64,000 bases of DNA from Candidatus Eiseniibacteriota bacterium (lineage in GTDB: Bacteria > Eisenbacteria > RBG-16-71-46 > JABDJR01): positions 256,001 through 320,000 of the forward strand of contig CAWANH010000029.1 of NCBI GenBank assembly GCA_963783375.1, written 5' to 3'. Positions within the stretch are counted from its first letter, which is position 1; each line of letters begins with the position of its first letter. A program made the translations under genes and the position numbers. The notes beneath the pieces are model-generated. The model was not told the origin of the DNA, searched no databases, and worked only from the letters and a program-made list of their open reading frames with translations. Positions 9,807 to 19,536 of this stretch are shown here, one piece after another.

Positions 9807-10853
9807 ATGAAGACGCCCATCGACACGGTCCGCTGGCACGAGGGCGCGGTGCGCCTGATCGACCAGCGCCGGCTGCCCCGGGAGTTCACCTACCTCGACT
9901 GCCGCGAGGTCCCCGCCCTGGCCGACGCCATCCGCACCCTGGCCGTCCGCGGCGCCCCGGCCATCGGGATCGCCGCGGCCTACGGGATCGTGTTGGGGGC
10001 GCTGCGGGCCCTCGAACGCAACCAGGATCCCCGGGAGGGAGCGGGGCAGGCCGGGGAAAGCCTCCGCGTCACCCGGCCCACCGCGGTGAACCTGTTCTAC
10101 GCGCTCGATCGCATGCGGGGGGTCCTCGAAGCGAGTCCCGCCCTCACCGGCCAGGACGTGGTGGACGCGCTGTTCGAGGAGGCGGAGCGGATCCTCGAGG
10201 AGGATCTGGACACCGGCCGCCGGATCGCCCTCAACGGGCTCGCTCTCTTTCCGGAGAAAAGCCCGGTCAATGTGCTCACCCATTGCAACGCCGGGGGCCT
10301 GGCCACCGGGGGATGGGGGACCGCCCTGGCCCCGATCTACGCCGCCGCGGACAGCGGCCGCGCGCTCCGGGTCCTGGCCGACGAGACCCGCCCGCTTCTC
10401 CAGGGGGCGCGCCTCACCGCCTGGGAACTCTCCCGCGCGGGGATCGATGTGAGGGTCCTGGTGGACGGCGCCGCGGCCTCGGTCCTGGCCCGGGGCCTGG
10501 TGGACCTGGTGATCGTGGGGGCGGATCGCATTGCCCTGAACGGGGACACCGCCAACAAGATCGGGACCTACGGGGTGGCTCTGGGCGCCCGGGAGGCCCA
10601 CGTTCCCTTCTACGTGGCCGCCCCGCTCACCACCTTCGACCCGAACGTCCGGACCGGGGAGCAAATCCCGGTGGAGGAGCGGGCGGCGGGGGAGGTCCTG
10701 GGGGAGGGGGCCGCGACGGGGGTGGGAGCCCTGAACCCCGCCTTCGACGTCACCCCGGCCCACCTCATCGCGGGCTGGATCACCGAAGCGGGGGTCTTGA
10801 AACCGCCCTTCGACCCGGCTATTCTCCCGGGGAACAGAAATAGGATAAAATAA
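9807..10853 (+). CDS. mtnA: S-methyl-5-thioribose-1-phosphate isomerase
   Basis: DQRRLP, VRGAPAIG, RPTAVNL, THCNAGGLAT, ETRPLLQGARLTAWEL, GADRIA.NGDTANKIG, NPAFDVTP. Confidence 0.96.
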   Translation: MKTPIDTVRWHEGAVRLIDQRRLPREFTYLDCREVPALADAIRTLAVRGAPAIGIAAAYGIVLGALRALERNQDPREGAGQAGESLRVTRPTAVNLFYALDRMRGVLEASPALTGQDVVDALFEEAERILEEDLDTGRRIALNGLALFPEKSPVNVLTHCNAGGLATGGWGTALAPIYAAADSGRALRVLADETRPLLQGARLTAWELSRAGIDVRVLVDGAAASVLARGLVDLVIVGADRIALNGDTANKIGTYGVALGAREAHVPFYVAAPLTTFDPNVRTGEQIPVEERAAGEVLGEGAATGVGALNPAFDVTPAHLIAGWITEAGVLKPPFDPAILPGNRNRIK

Positions 10854-10862
10854 GTACGCTTT

Positions 10863-10919
10863 CGGTGGGCCCGGGAGCCCCGGGCGGCGATGCACGCCGC
10901 CGGGATCCGGGCCCGGCCG
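10863..10919 (+). other. Long GC-rich hairpin in the probable 5' UTR of the bacilliredoxin gene
   Basis: GGGCCCGG (10867-74) pairs CCGGGCCC (10907-14); GGCGGCG (10883-89) pairs CGCCGCC (10895-901) around loop ATGCA. No U-tract. -10-like TAGGAT/TAAAAT at 10841-10851. Confidence 0.5.
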
Positions 10920-10950
10920 CCCCCCTGAACCTCTAAAGGAGTATCTGAGA

Positions 10951-11379
10951 ATGCCTTATCCGCCCGAACTGGTCGATCCCATGCGCGAGGAACTCACCCG
11001 GATGGGAATTGCCGAAGCTCGAACCGCGGAGGAAGTCGACCGGGCCTTGGCCGGGCCGGGGACCAAGCTCCTGGTCGTGAACTCGGTTTGCGGCTGCGCG
11101 GCGGGCAATGCCCGTCCCGCGGTGGGCCTCGCCCTCACCCACTCGACCCTTCCCGGCACCCTCTTGACGGTGTTTGCCGGTCAGGACGCCGAGGCGGTGG
11201 CGCGGGCCCGGACCTACATCAAGGGCTACCCGCCGTCCTCGCCCTCGATCGCGCTCTTTCAGGACGATGATCTGGTCCTGATGCTGGAGCGGAAGGACAT
11301 CGAGGGCCGCATGGCTCCGGAGATCGCCCGGGACCTGATCCAGGCCTTCGACCGGCACTGCGCGGCCACCGCCGGTTGA
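10951..11379 (+). CDS. BrxA/BrxB-family bacilliredoxin (YphP/YqiW, DUF1094)
   Basis: MPYP.ELV.PMREELT, VNSVCGCAAG.ARP (CGC motif), TVFAGQD.EA, PPSSPSIALF; SD AAGGAG. Confidence 0.93.
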   Translation: MPYPPELVDPMREELTRMGIAEARTAEEVDRALAGPGTKLLVVNSVCGCAAGNARPAVGLALTHSTLPGTLLTVFAGQDAEAVARARTYIKGYPPSSPSIALFQDDDLVLMLERKDIEGRMAPEIARDLIQAFDRHCAATAG

Positions 11380-11485
11380 GCCCGGCCGGCGGCACGTTCC
11401 CCGCGTCCCGGGGGCCGGCCCGCCGGGGGGGCCGGAAGCGATCCGGAACCCCTTCCCCGACAAAGCGTTCCCATCATCCCGGCGG

Positions 11486-11514
11486 TTGACACCGGGAAAC
11501 GGGATCCCTATACT
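11486..11514 (+). promoter_or_regulatory. Sigma70 promoter of the rplM-rpsI(-rpsB-tsf) operon
   Basis: TTGACA (11486-91), 17-nt spacer, TATACT (11509-14). Confidence 0.9.
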
Positions 11515-11558
11515 CCTCGGGCTTTGAGTTCAGCCCCGAAAGGAGTCGGTTGCCGATC

Positions 11559-12017
11559 ATGTCCACGCCCACGATTCCGGTCAAGCCGGAGAACAAGACT
11601 TGGTATCTGGTGGACGCCCGGGATTACACCCTCGGGCGGCTGGCCAGCCGTGTGGCCACGGTGCTTCGCGGCAAGCACAAGCCCATCTACTCGCCCCACC
11701 AGGACCACGGGGATCACGTGGTCGTGGTGAACGCGGCGCGAGTACAGCTCACCGGGAAGAAGCTCGAGAAGAAGACCTATTTCCGCCACACCGGGTACAT
11801 GGGCGGCGGACGGTTGAAGCCCATGAGCAAGATGATGGCCGAGACCCCCGAAGAGGTGATCCGCAAGGCGGTCCGGGGCATGCTCCCCAAGACCCGCCTG
11901 GGGCGCCAGATGATTCGGAAGCTCAAGATCTATGCGGGGGAGCAGCATCCCCACGCCGCGCAGGGCCCCACGCCCCTGCGCATCAGCGATAAGGCTCCCG
12001 TCGGGACCGACGCTTAA
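11559..12017 (+). CDS. rplM: 50S ribosomal protein L13
   Basis: [44 protein letters not shown]. Alternative start TTG 11550. Confidence 0.98.
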   Translation: MSTPTIPVKPENKTWYLVDARDYTLGRLASRVATVLRGKHKPIYSPHQDHGDHVVVVNAARVQLTGKKLEKKTYFRHTGYMGGGRLKPMSKMMAETPEEVIRKAVRGMLPKTRLGRQMIRKLKIYAGEQHPHAAQGPTPLRISDKAPVGTDA

Positions 12018-12043
12018 GCGAACGCGAACAGGAGGTAACCGGT

Positions 12044-12436
12044 TTGTCGGAATTCATGGCCCAGGCGACGGGAAGACGCAAGACCTCGGTTGCGCGCGTG
12101 CGTCTCATTCCGGGCAAGGGAAACATCACCGTGAACGGGCGCAGCGCCCCGGAATATTTCCATCGTGAGACCCTGGTCCGGGAACTGAGTTCGCCGCTCG
12201 TCGAAACCCAGACCATGGACCGATATGACGTCGTGGCGCTGTGCCACGGCGGCGGGCTCACCGGCCAGGCCGGCGCGGTCCGGCTCGGGATCGCCCGGGG
12301 GCTCCTGGCGATCGACCCCGAGCTTCGCGCCGTCCTCCGGCGGAGCGGCTTTCTGAGCCGCGACCCGCGCATGAAGGAACGGAAGAAGTACGGTCAGCCC
12401 GGAGCCCGGAAGCGCTTCCAGTTCTCCAAGCGTTAA
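12044..12436 (+). CDS. rpsI: 30S ribosomal protein S9
   Basis: [44 protein letters not shown]; SD GGAGGT, TTG start. Confidence 0.98.
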   Translation: MSEFMAQATGRRKTSVARVRLIPGKGNITVNGRSAPEYFHRETLVRELSSPLVETQTMDRYDVVALCHGGGLTGQAGAVRLGIARGLLAIDPELRAVLRRSGFLSRDPRMKERKKYGQPGARKRFQFSKR

Positions 12437-12544
12437 TCAGTTATTCGGGGCCGCCACGGCCCCGGCACCGGAGCGACGCCGGTGGAACCCCGGCGTCGTC
12501 TCCGCCGGCGCGCCCATCGGCGCGGGCCGGCGTCCAGGTTCCCA

Positions 12545-12645
12545 ATACACACGCCCAACCATCTCCCGGCGTGGCCCGCGCGGCCGTGAACTGAACGGTC
12601 GCCCGGCGCCTTGAGGGGGACTCTCCATGGCGGGGCGGAGGTTTG
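12545..12645 (+). ncRNA. Probable rpsB (S2) leader cis-regulatory RNA (t44-like)
   Basis: ACACAC followed by CGCCCaaCCAT (12552-62) pairing with ATGGcgGGGCG (12627-37), ending in GGAGG. This is the architecture typical of rpsB autoregulatory leaders; no covariance search run. Confidence 0.6.
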
Positions 12646-12681
12646 AACGCAGAAGACCAACGAAGGAGAAGAAAGATCATC

Positions 12682-13443
12682 ATGCCCATGCCCACCATGC
12701 GGGAACTCCTGGAAGCGGGAGTCCACTTCGGGCACCAGACCCGGCGCTGGAACCCGAAGATGAAGAAGTTCATTTTCATAGAGCGGAACGGCATCCACAT
12801 CATGGATCTGCAGAAGACCGTGCTGGCCCTCGAGACCGCCCGCCGTGTGGTCAGCCAGTCGGTGGCCCGGGGAGGGACCGTCCTCTTCGTGGGCACCAAG
12901 AAGCAGGCCCAGGACACCATCGCCGAGGAAGCCCGGCGATGCGGCCAGTACTACATCACCGAGCGCTGGCTGGGCGGGATGCTCACCAATTTCAAGACCA
13001 TCAAGGCCTCGATCGGCCGGCTGAAGGACCTGGAGCGCATGCAGGCCGACGGCACGGTCGCCTCCTTCACCAAGAAGGAGGCCTCCCGGATGGAGAAGGA
13101 GCGCCTGAAGCTGGAGAAGGTGTTCGCCGGCATCAAGGACATGGACCGCCTTCCCAGCATGGTGTTCATCGTTGACACCAACAAGGAGCGGATCGCGGTG
13201 GCCGAGGCCAATCGTCTGGGCGTCCCCATCGTCGGGATGGTCGACACCAATTGCGATCCCGACGTCATTCGGTACCCGATCCCGGGCAACGACGACGCCC
13301 TGCGTTCGGTGAAGTTGATCGCCAAAGTGGTCGCGGACGCGGTGATCGACGCGAACCGGGCGGCGGAGGCGAACGTCGACTACTCCGACGGATACTCCGC
13401 CGGCGGAGACGCCGACGAGGAAATTTCCACCTTCACGGGCTAG
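12682..13443 (+). CDS. rpsB: 30S ribosomal protein S2
   Basis: [52 protein letters not shown]. Confidence 0.98.
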   Translation: MPMPTMRELLEAGVHFGHQTRRWNPKMKKFIFIERNGIHIMDLQKTVLALETARRVVSQSVARGGTVLFVGTKKQAQDTIAEEARRCGQYYITERWLGGMLTNFKTIKASIGRLKDLERMQADGTVASFTKKEASRMEKERLKLEKVFAGIKDMDRLPSMVFIVDTNKERIAVAEANRLGVPIVGMVDTNCDPDVIRYPIPGNDDALRSVKLIAKVVADAVIDANRAAEANVDYSDGYSAGGDADEEISTFTG

Positions 13444-13557
13444 GCGGCGCCCGCCCCCGGTCCCCGGGCGGCGGAGCCTCGGATTTCCGGCGCCGGCAGC
13501 GGAGCGGACCTCCGCCGCCCCGCCGTGCGTATTTCGAGCAACCAAGGAGAGAGAAGC

Positions 13558-14160
13558 ATGGCTGCTATCAGCGCGAGCATGGTGAGCGAACTCCGTTCCC
13601 GGACCGGGGCGGGGATCATGGACTGCAAGAACGCCCTGTCCGAGGCCGACGGGAACATGGACAAGGCCATCGAGCAGCTCCGCAAGGCGGGTATGGCCAA
13701 GGCGGCCAAGAAGGCCGGCCGGGCCACCGCCGAGGGGCTGGTCCATTCCTACATCCATCCCGGGGGCCGCGTGGGGGTGCTCATCGAGGTGAACTGCGAA
13801 ACCGACTTCGTGGCCCGGACCGAGAAGTTCCAGGCCCTGGTCCACGACCTGGCCATGCACGTGGCCGCGGCCTCGCCGCTGGCGGTGAGCCGGGACGACG
13901 TGGACCCGGAGCTGGTGGACCGTGAGCGGCGCCTGTTCGAGGCGCAGGCCAAGGAGAGCGGGAAGCCGGCCAACGTGGTGGAAAAGATGGTCGAGGGCCG
14001 GATCAACAAGTTCTTCGAGGAGACCGCTTTCCTGGAGCAGGGATTCGTGAAGGACCCCGACAAGAAGGTCGAGGTGGTGATCAAGGAGAACATCGCCACC
14101 ATCGGGGAGAACATCGTGGTCCGTCGATTCGCCCGTTTCGAGCTCGGACAGGAAGACTAG
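13558..14160 (+). CDS. tsf: Translation elongation factor Ts (short, ~200-aa form)
   Basis: [47 protein letters not shown]; SD AAGGAG. Confidence 0.97.
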   Translation: MAAISASMVSELRSRTGAGIMDCKNALSEADGNMDKAIEQLRKAGMAKAAKKAGRATAEGLVHSYIHPGGRVGVLIEVNCETDFVARTEKFQALVHDLAMHVAAASPLAVSRDDVDPELVDRERRLFEAQAKESGKPANVVEKMVEGRINKFFEETAFLEQGFVKDPDKKVEVVIKENIATIGENIVVRRFARFELGQED

Positions 14161-14912
14161 TGGGCGAACCCGCGGCTCCTCCCGGCTCTCCCGCCCCCGG
14201 GGTGCGTTTCCAGCGGATCCTGCTCAAGGTGTCGGGGGAGATCCTGGCCGGCGAACAGGGATTCGGCATCGAGCGCGACCGCCTGGAGGTCCTGGCCGGG
14301 GAGATCGCCTCGGTGCGCGATCTGGGAATCCAGGTCGGGCTGGTGATCGGCGGGGGCAACATCTTCCGCGGGCTGGCCGGGGCGGCCCACGGCATGGACC
14401 GGGTGAGCGGCGATCACATGGGCATGCTGGCCACCGTCATCAACTCCCTGGCCCTCCAGAGCGTTCTCGAGAGGCGGGGCCTCTTTACCCGGGTCATGTC
14501 CGCCATTAATATGGAAGAGGTTGCGGAGCCCTACATCCGCCGGCGCGCCGTCCGTCACCTGGAGAAGGGACGGGTGGTGATCCTGGCCGCGGGAACGGGG
14601 AACCCGTACTTCACCACCGACACCGCGGCGGCGCTCCGGGCGGTGGAGATCGGAGCCGACGTCATCATCAAGGGGACCAAGGTGGACGGCGTGTTCACCA
14701 GCGACCCGATGAAGGATCCCGAGGCCCGGCTCTACGAGCGCCTGACCTACATGGAGGTGCTGAGCCAGGAGCTTCGGGTGATGGACTCGACCGCGATCTC
14801 CCTCTCCATGGAGAACGGGTTGCCCATCATGGTGTTCAATTTCACCGTGCCCGGAAATCTTCGGCGATTGGTTCTGGGCGAGCAGGTAGGCACTCTGGTG
14901 TCGAAGGGGTAG
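14160..14912 (+). CDS. pyrH: UMP kinase
   Basis: [50 protein letters not shown]. Confidence 0.97.
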   Translation: MGEPAAPPGSPAPGVRFQRILLKVSGEILAGEQGFGIERDRLEVLAGEIASVRDLGIQVGLVIGGGNIFRGLAGAAHGMDRVSGDHMGMLATVINSLALQSVLERRGLFTRVMSAINMEEVAEPYIRRRAVRHLEKGRVVILAAGTGNPYFTTDTAAALRAVEIGADVIIKGTKVDGVFTSDPMKDPEARLYERLTYMEVLSQELRVMDSTAISLSMENGLPIMVFNFTVPGNLRRLVLGEQVGTLVSKG

Positions 14913-14915
14913 GAC

Positions 14916-15470
14916 ATGGACAAGGAACTGAACGCGGTCGAGGATCGCATGCAAAAGGCGGTGGAGGCGCTCCAGCGGGAGCTGGCCACCATCCGCGCCG
15001 GGAAGGCGACGACCTCCCTCCTGGACAACATCCGCGTCGACTACTACGGGACCCCGACCCCGGTGAAGCAGGTGGCGAGCATCGCCGCTCCCGAACCGCG
15101 GCTGCTGGTGGTCCAGCCCTGGGAGAAGAACCTGCTCCAGCCGATCGCCAAGGCCATCCAGGCCTCGGACCTCGGGCTCAACCCCCAGGACGACGGACAG
15201 GTGCTGAAGATCCCCATCCCCGCCCTGAACGAGGAGCGGCGGAAGGACCTGGTCAAGCACACCCACAAGATGGCCGAGGAAGGGAGGGTCGCGGTGCGGA
15301 ACATACGCCGCGACGCCAACGATCACTTCAAGAAGGCCCAGAAGGACGGCTCGGTCTCCGAGGACGACGCGCGGAGGGCCATGGACCAGATCCAGAAACT
15401 CCACGACAAGTACATCGCCCAGATCGAGGAATCCGTGAAGAAGAAGGAAGAGGAGGTCATGGAGGTCTAG
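14916..15470 (+). CDS. frr: Ribosome recycling factor
   Basis: IRAGKA, VDYYG.PTP, SDLGLNP, IP.LNEERRK, RVAVRNIRRD. Confidence 0.98.
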   Translation: MDKELNAVEDRMQKAVEALQRELATIRAGKATTSLLDNIRVDYYGTPTPVKQVASIAAPEPRLLVVQPWEKNLLQPIAKAIQASDLGLNPQDDGQVLKIPIPALNEERRKDLVKHTHKMAEEGRVAVRNIRRDANDHFKKAQKDGSVSEDDARRAMDQIQKLHDKYIAQIEESVKKKEEEVMEV

Positions 15471-15538
15471 GCCAACCGGTCTGGACGTGCCCTTGACCCC
15501 CGGGTCCCCCCGCCGGGTGCGTCGGCGGAGCCCCCTCG

Positions 15539-16303
15539 ATGTTGCCCGAAACCGAACGACTCGAAACCGAGGAACAGCTCAAGCAGGAGATCCTCGCCGG
15601 GGGCGGGGTTCCCCGCCACGTGGCGGTGATCATGGACGGCAACGGGCGTTGGGCCCGTCAGCGCCGCCGCCCCCGCGTCTTCGGTCACCTGGCCGGGCGC
15701 CATTCCGTGCGTCAAACCGTCATGGGATGCCGCGCTCTGGGGGTTGACGTCCTCTCCCTCTACACCTTTTCGGTCGAGAACTGGCAGCGCCCGGCCACGG
15801 AAATCTCGGCCCTCATGCGCATCCTCCAGCAGACCCTCCGCGAGCAGCGGGAGGAGATGCGGGAGAACGGCATCCGCCTGCAGGTGATCGGCCGCCCCGA
15901 GGATCTTCCCCGCCCCGCCCAGAACACCCTGAACGAGACCATCGAGTACCTGGCCGACGGGAAGGACATGCTCTTGATCCTCGCGCTCTCCTACGGGGGG
16001 CGGACGGAGATCACCCACGCCGCCCGGGCCATCGCCCGCGAGATCCGCGAAGGCGTCCTCGATCCCGAATCGGTGGACGAGGCCACGGTGGCCCGCCATC
16101 TCTATACCGCCGGGGTGCCCGATCCCGACCTCTTGATCCGCACCAGCGGCGAGGTCCGGATCTCCAACTTCCTGCTCTGGCAGGTGGCCTACTCCGAGAT
16201 CTGGGTCACCCCGGTTCTCTGGCCCGACTTCCGGAAGGAACACCTTTACCGGGCGATTCTGGACTACCAGCACCGGGAGAGACGGTTTGGCCGTGTCCGC
16301 TAG
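15539..16303 (+). CDS. uppS: Undecaprenyl diphosphate synthase
   Basis: PRHVAVIMDGNGRWA, YTFS.ENW.RP..E, YGGR.EI, DPDLLIRTSGE.RISNFLLWQ.AYSE. Confidence 0.97.
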   Translation: MLPETERLETEEQLKQEILAGGGVPRHVAVIMDGNGRWARQRRRPRVFGHLAGRHSVRQTVMGCRALGVDVLSLYTFSVENWQRPATEISALMRILQQTLREQREEMRENGIRLQVIGRPEDLPRPAQNTLNETIEYLADGKDMLLILALSYGGRTEITHAARAIAREIREGVLDPESVDEATVARHLYTAGVPDPDLLIRTSGEVRISNFLLWQVAYSEIWVTPVLWPDFRKEHLYRAILDYQHRERRFGRVR

Positions 16304-17138
16304 GCGGCGGCCGCGGACCCGGTTCCGCGACCAGGCCCTGGCGACGCGCGTGGTCTCGGGGTTGATCCTGGGCCTGGTGGCCCTGGCCGCGGTGTGGACC
16401 GGCGGGTGGTTCTTCTTCGCCCTTCTCGCGGTGTTCCTCATGACCGGGCTCTGGGAGCTCTACCGGATGGCCGCCCGGGCCGGTCTCCGTGCGCTCCCGC
16501 TCCCCGGACTGGCCGCCGCCGCCGCCCTCCTGGTCCTGGCCTGGCTCCACGACCCCGGCTACGCCGGATTGGCGTTTACCGCCCTCGGTCTCTGGATGCT
16601 GGTGGCCGCGCTCCGGCCTCCGGTCGAAGGGCGGCTGGTGGGGCTGGGGATCACCGTCTTCGGGCTCGCCTACGTGGTGGGGTTGGGCGTCCATCTCCTC
16701 TGGCTTCGGGAGCTCCCGGACGGCCTCCAGCTCCTCATCCTGACCCTCGCCGCCACCTGGTCCGCGGACACCTTCGCGTTCTTCGTGGGCGTCCGATGGG
16801 GACACCGCCGCCTCGCCCCCCACATCAGCCCGGGAAAATCGGTGGAAGGCCTGGTGGGGGGGATCGCCGGCACCGTGGCGGTCACCGTGGTCGGCGCCCG
16901 CCTTCTGGCTCCCTCGCTCACCGTGCCCGAGGCGCTTCTGGTGGGGCTCATCCTGGGCATTGCCGCCCCGGTGGGGGACCTCCTGGAGTCGCTCTTCAAA
17001 CGAAATCTGAACGCCAAGGACGCGTCGCGGTTCATCCCCGGCCACGGCGGGGTCCTCGACCGGATCGACAGCCTCCTGGTGACCGGGGCGGTGGCCTACT
17101 ATCTCTTCCGCTTCCTCCTGGCCCGGGGGCCGGTGTGA
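16287..17138 (+). CDS. cdsA: Phosphatidate cytidylyltransferase
   Basis: Multi-TM protein; W.ADTFA.F.G, ISPGKSVEG, GDL.ES..KR....KD....IPGHGGVLDRIDS. Confidence 0.95.
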   Translation: MAVSARRRPRTRFRDQALATRVVSGLILGLVALAAVWTGGWFFFALLAVFLMTGLWELYRMAARAGLRALPLPGLAAAAALLVLAWLHDPGYAGLAFTALGLWMLVAALRPPVEGRLVGLGITVFGLAYVVGLGVHLLWLRELPDGLQLLILTLAATWSADTFAFFVGVRWGHRRLAPHISPGKSVEGLVGGIAGTVAVTVVGARLLAPSLTVPEALLVGLILGIAAPVGDLLESLFKRNLNAKDASRFIPGHGGVLDRIDSLLVTGAVAYYLFRFLLARGPV

Positions 17139-18363
17139 GCCCGCGCGATCGGGGGGGCGCCCTCACCGGTGAGGTCCTGGGCCGGAAGGTGACCGTACCG
17201 GGATTTCCCCGCCGGGTGGCGGTGCTCGGAGCCACCGGATCCATCGGGGAGAAGGCCCTGGCCGTGGCCGCCCGACATCCCGAAGCCTTCACCGTGACCG
17301 CGATCGCCGCCCGCGACTCGGTGTCCGCGCTGGCCGGGGCGGCGACGCGCCACCGGGTTCCCCGGGTGGCGGTGGCCGATCCCGAGGCGGCGGCGGGCCT
17401 GGCCGGCCGGCTCCCCGCCGGAACCCGGCTCTTGACCGGCGCCCGGGCGGTGGCCGATCTGGCCGCCGACCCCGAGGTGGACCTGGTGGTGAACGGCATC
17501 ACCGGGCGGGCCGGGCTCGAGGCCAGCCTCGCCGCGGCGGCCTCGGGGAAATTGCTCGCCCTGGCCAACAAGGAATCCATGGTCCTGGCCGGCGAACTCG
17601 TCATGCGGACCGCGGCGGAGAACGGCGCCCTGGTGATCCCGGTGGACAGCGAGCACTCCGGGCTCTTCCAGTGCCTGGCCGCGGTGTCCATGGCCGAGGT
17701 GCGCCGGCTGATCATCACCGCCTCGGGGGGACCCTTCCGGGGGAAGACCCGGGCCGAGCTGGGCTCGGTCGCCCCCGAGGAGGCGCTCCGACATCCGGTG
17801 TGGCCCATGGGACCGCGGATCACCGTGGACAGCGCCACCCTCTTCAACAAGGGGCTGGAGGTTCTGGAGACCCACTATCTGTTCGGGGTTCCGCTGGAGC
17901 GGATCGACGTATGGGTCCACCCCCAGAGCGTGGTTCACGCGCTGGTGGAGACGGTGGACGGCTCCCTCATGGCCCAGCTCTCGGTCCCGGACATGACCCT
18001 CCCCATCCAGCTCGCCATGAGCTGGCCCGAGCGATGGGAGGCGGACGTTCCCGAGTGCCGGCTCCCCACCTGGAAGGAACTCCGGTTCGAGGACCCCGAC
18101 CACGGGACCTTCCCGGCCATCGATCTGGCCCGCGCCGCCGGCCGGCGGGGGGAACCGCCCCCGCAGTCCTGAACGCGGCCGACGAGGTGGCGGTGGAGGC
18201 GTTCCTGGCCGGACGGCTTCCCTTCCTCCAGATCATCCCGGTGGTGGAGGAGGTGCTGGAGCGGGCGGAGATCCGCGCCGCCGACTCCCTGGAGGCGGTG
18301 GTGGAGGCGGACCGCGCGGCCCGGGAGGCGGCCCGGGCCCGGCTCGATCGCCGCGCCCCCTGA
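17135..18363 (+). CDS. dxr: 1-deoxy-D-xylulose 5-phosphate reductoisomerase; frameshifted at G-run 18147-18152 (likely sequence error)
   Basis: [44 protein letters not shown] in one frame; C-terminal [16 protein letters not shown] in another. One added G restores [15 protein letters not shown]. Confidence 0.9.
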
Positions 18364-18365
18364 CC

Positions 18366-19460
18366 GTGCGAATCCTCCACGTGGCCACCGCGGGGAGCTG
18401 GCGGGGGGGAGAGCAGCAGGTGCTCTACCTGCTCCAGGGACTCCTCGACCGGGGCCTCGAGCCGGTCCTGGCCACGCCCCCGGAATCTCCCCTGGCCCGC
18501 CGCGCCGCCGAATCCGGCGTCCGGGTGGCGCCGCTCCGCTCCCGGGGGGATGTGGATCTGGGAGCCGCGCGCCGGCTCCGGGCCCTGCTTGCCGAGGGGT
18601 TCGACCTGCTTCATCTTCACACCGGGCACGCCCATGCCCTGGGACTCCTGGCCGTAGCGGGTCGAAGACCCCGTCCGCGGGTGGTGGTCTCGCGCCGGGT
18701 CGACTTCCCGCCGGGAGGGATCCTCCGGGGGCTCAAGTACGGCGCCCGGGTGGACCGTTTTCTGGCGGTGAGCGAGGCGGTTCGGCGGGTGCTCCTGGCC
18801 GCGGGGGTAGCCCCGGAGCGCGCCCTCACCGTCCACAGCGGGATCGATCCCTCCCGCTTCGAGGGCCCGAGCGACCACGAGGGCCTTTGCCGGGAGCTCG
18901 CTATCCCGGCGAACGCCAAGCTGGTAGGATTCGTGGGGGCGCTGGTGGGGCACAAGTCGCCCGGAGACTTCCTGGAGGCGTTGTCCGCGCTCTCCGCCGG
19001 GGTCCATGGGGTCCTCGCCGGAGCCGGCGAGCTGGAAGAGGAGCTCCGGCGCCGGGCGGGGGAGCCGGACCTGGAGGGCCGGGTCCATTTCCTCGGACAC
19101 CGTGACGACGTGCCCCGGATCCTCCGGTCCGTCGACGTGTTCTGCCTGCCTTCCCGCCTGGAGGGCCTGGGCACCTCGGTCCTCGACGCCATGGCGGCGG
19201 GGGCCCCGGTGGTGGCGTCGGCGGGGGGGGGGATCCCGGAGATGGTGGAAGACGGGGTGAGCGGGCTCCTGGTCCCGCCGGGACGGCCCGAGGCCCTGGC
19301 CGCCGCCCTGGAGCGGGTCCTGGGGAATCCGGATCTGGCCGAGACGCTACGGCGGGGGGGACGGCGTCGGGTGGGGGACTTCACCGCGGCGAGGATGGTG
19401 GAGGCGACTTTGGCGGTATACGAATCAATCATCGGCCCCTCGGAGGCCGGATCGCGGTGA
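18366..19460 (+). CDS. Glycosyltransferase family 4 (GT-B)
   Basis: MRILHV...[47 protein letters not shown]. Confidence 0.9.
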   Translation: MRILHVATAGSWRGGEQQVLYLLQGLLDRGLEPVLATPPESPLARRAAESGVRVAPLRSRGDVDLGAARRLRALLAEGFDLLHLHTGHAHALGLLAVAGRRPRPRVVVSRRVDFPPGGILRGLKYGARVDRFLAVSEAVRRVLLAAGVAPERALTVHSGIDPSRFEGPSDHEGLCRELAIPANAKLVGFVGALVGHKSPGDFLEALSALSAGVHGVLAGAGELEEELRRRAGEPDLEGRVHFLGHRDDVPRILRSVDVFCLPSRLEGLGTSVLDAMAAGAPVVASAGGGIPEMVEDGVSGLLVPPGRPEALAAALERVLGNPDLAETLRRGGRRRVGDFTAARMVEATLAVYESIIGPSEAGSR

Positions 19461-19536
19461 AGGCCGCGGCCGGCGGACGCCGGGCGGCGGGGACGGGTCC
19501 CCGACGCGACCCCAACGGAAGGAGAGTCTCCAGCAC

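Noticed and set aside
13558-14160. EF-Ts looks truncated (~200 aa)
   Set aside because: Short single-subdomain EF-Ts is an established form (e.g. Thermus, cyanobacteria); N- and C-terminal motifs are intact.
16225-16245. TCCGGAAGGAA resembling the SRP RNA domain IV loop
   Set aside because: Lies inside the conserved uppS WPDF coding motif and lacks the flanking SRP helix.
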